Shown piece after piece: positions 63,541-64,000 of a DNA stretch of 64,000 nt (its first letter is position 1; every line of letters begins with the position of its first letter). The DNA is from Raillietiella orientalis. Taxonomy: Eukaryota. The position numbers and the translations under genes are program-made. The stretch spans positions 1,116,001 to 1,180,000 of the forward strand of contig JAYWIR010000037.1 of the NCBI GenBank assembly GCA_036172245.1, given 5' to 3'. The notes beneath the pieces were generated by a model. The model searched no databases and had not been told where the DNA came from. It saw only the letters and a list, made by a program, of their open reading frames with translations.

Positions 63541-64000
63541 AAGCCTGAGGAGATTTCAGTGCATTTCGAATGTGCGGCACGGGATGACTCTTAGAATCCA
63601 ACGTCAACTGCTTTTCCTATGCTATCGGAAAATCTTCGCCTCGCCACCCTACCATCACGTCATCACTTTGTTTCGTTGTAACAGAAAAGCGTGGAGCATA
63701 ACCCACACAATGGACAGAAAGATGTGTGCGATCACCTCAACCTGGAATCTGCTACCCACGTTGCGTTCAAATGCTGTCCCTCTTCTCTGGCAGCTGAAGA
63801 CCCAAGTTAGGGGATAGTCCGTACGGGGTCGTGAGTCCAGGAAGGCTCCAGAGAAAGTAGCTTATTCCTCTTATGCTTGGTAGGGAGATCTGGATGAAAC
63901 TCTCGCCGTGGTTTCACCCGAACATGCCAGGGAGCTTATTAAAATTCAAAATAGACTTACAGATAGTGACGGAACACGTGGTCCTACCACACTCACTTTG

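Overview
Eukaryotic (metazoan, probably invertebrate bilaterian) genomic DNA. The only host gene I can support is a two-coding-exon BMP2/4 (decapentaplegic-type) gene on the + strand (CDS join 46380..46728, 47348..48165; 388 aa). It has the conserved prodomain intron, furin sites, 7-Cys TGF-beta domain, a probable 5'-UTR intron and a poly(A) signal at 48713. Much of the rest looks like heavily eroded retrotransposon fossils, read by eye across frameshifts: CR1/L2- and RTE-like reverse transcriptase (RT) segments, a clear NeSL/Utopia (R2-superfamily) zinc-knuckle plus restriction-like endonuclease tail, a Tx1/L1-like CCHC tail and gypsy-like RT pieces. Two GC/CpG-rich domains (about 13-19 kb and 34-45.7 kb, the second abutting the BMP gene) contain fossils that appear shifted towards GC. 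The most unexpected signal is a window-wide excess of unrelated, near-perfect 14-20 bp hairpins, several overwriting RT fossil coding sequence. This points to a palindrome-generating mutational process, or less likely to selected RNA structure. TE boundaries are approximate and clade calls need HMM confirmation.
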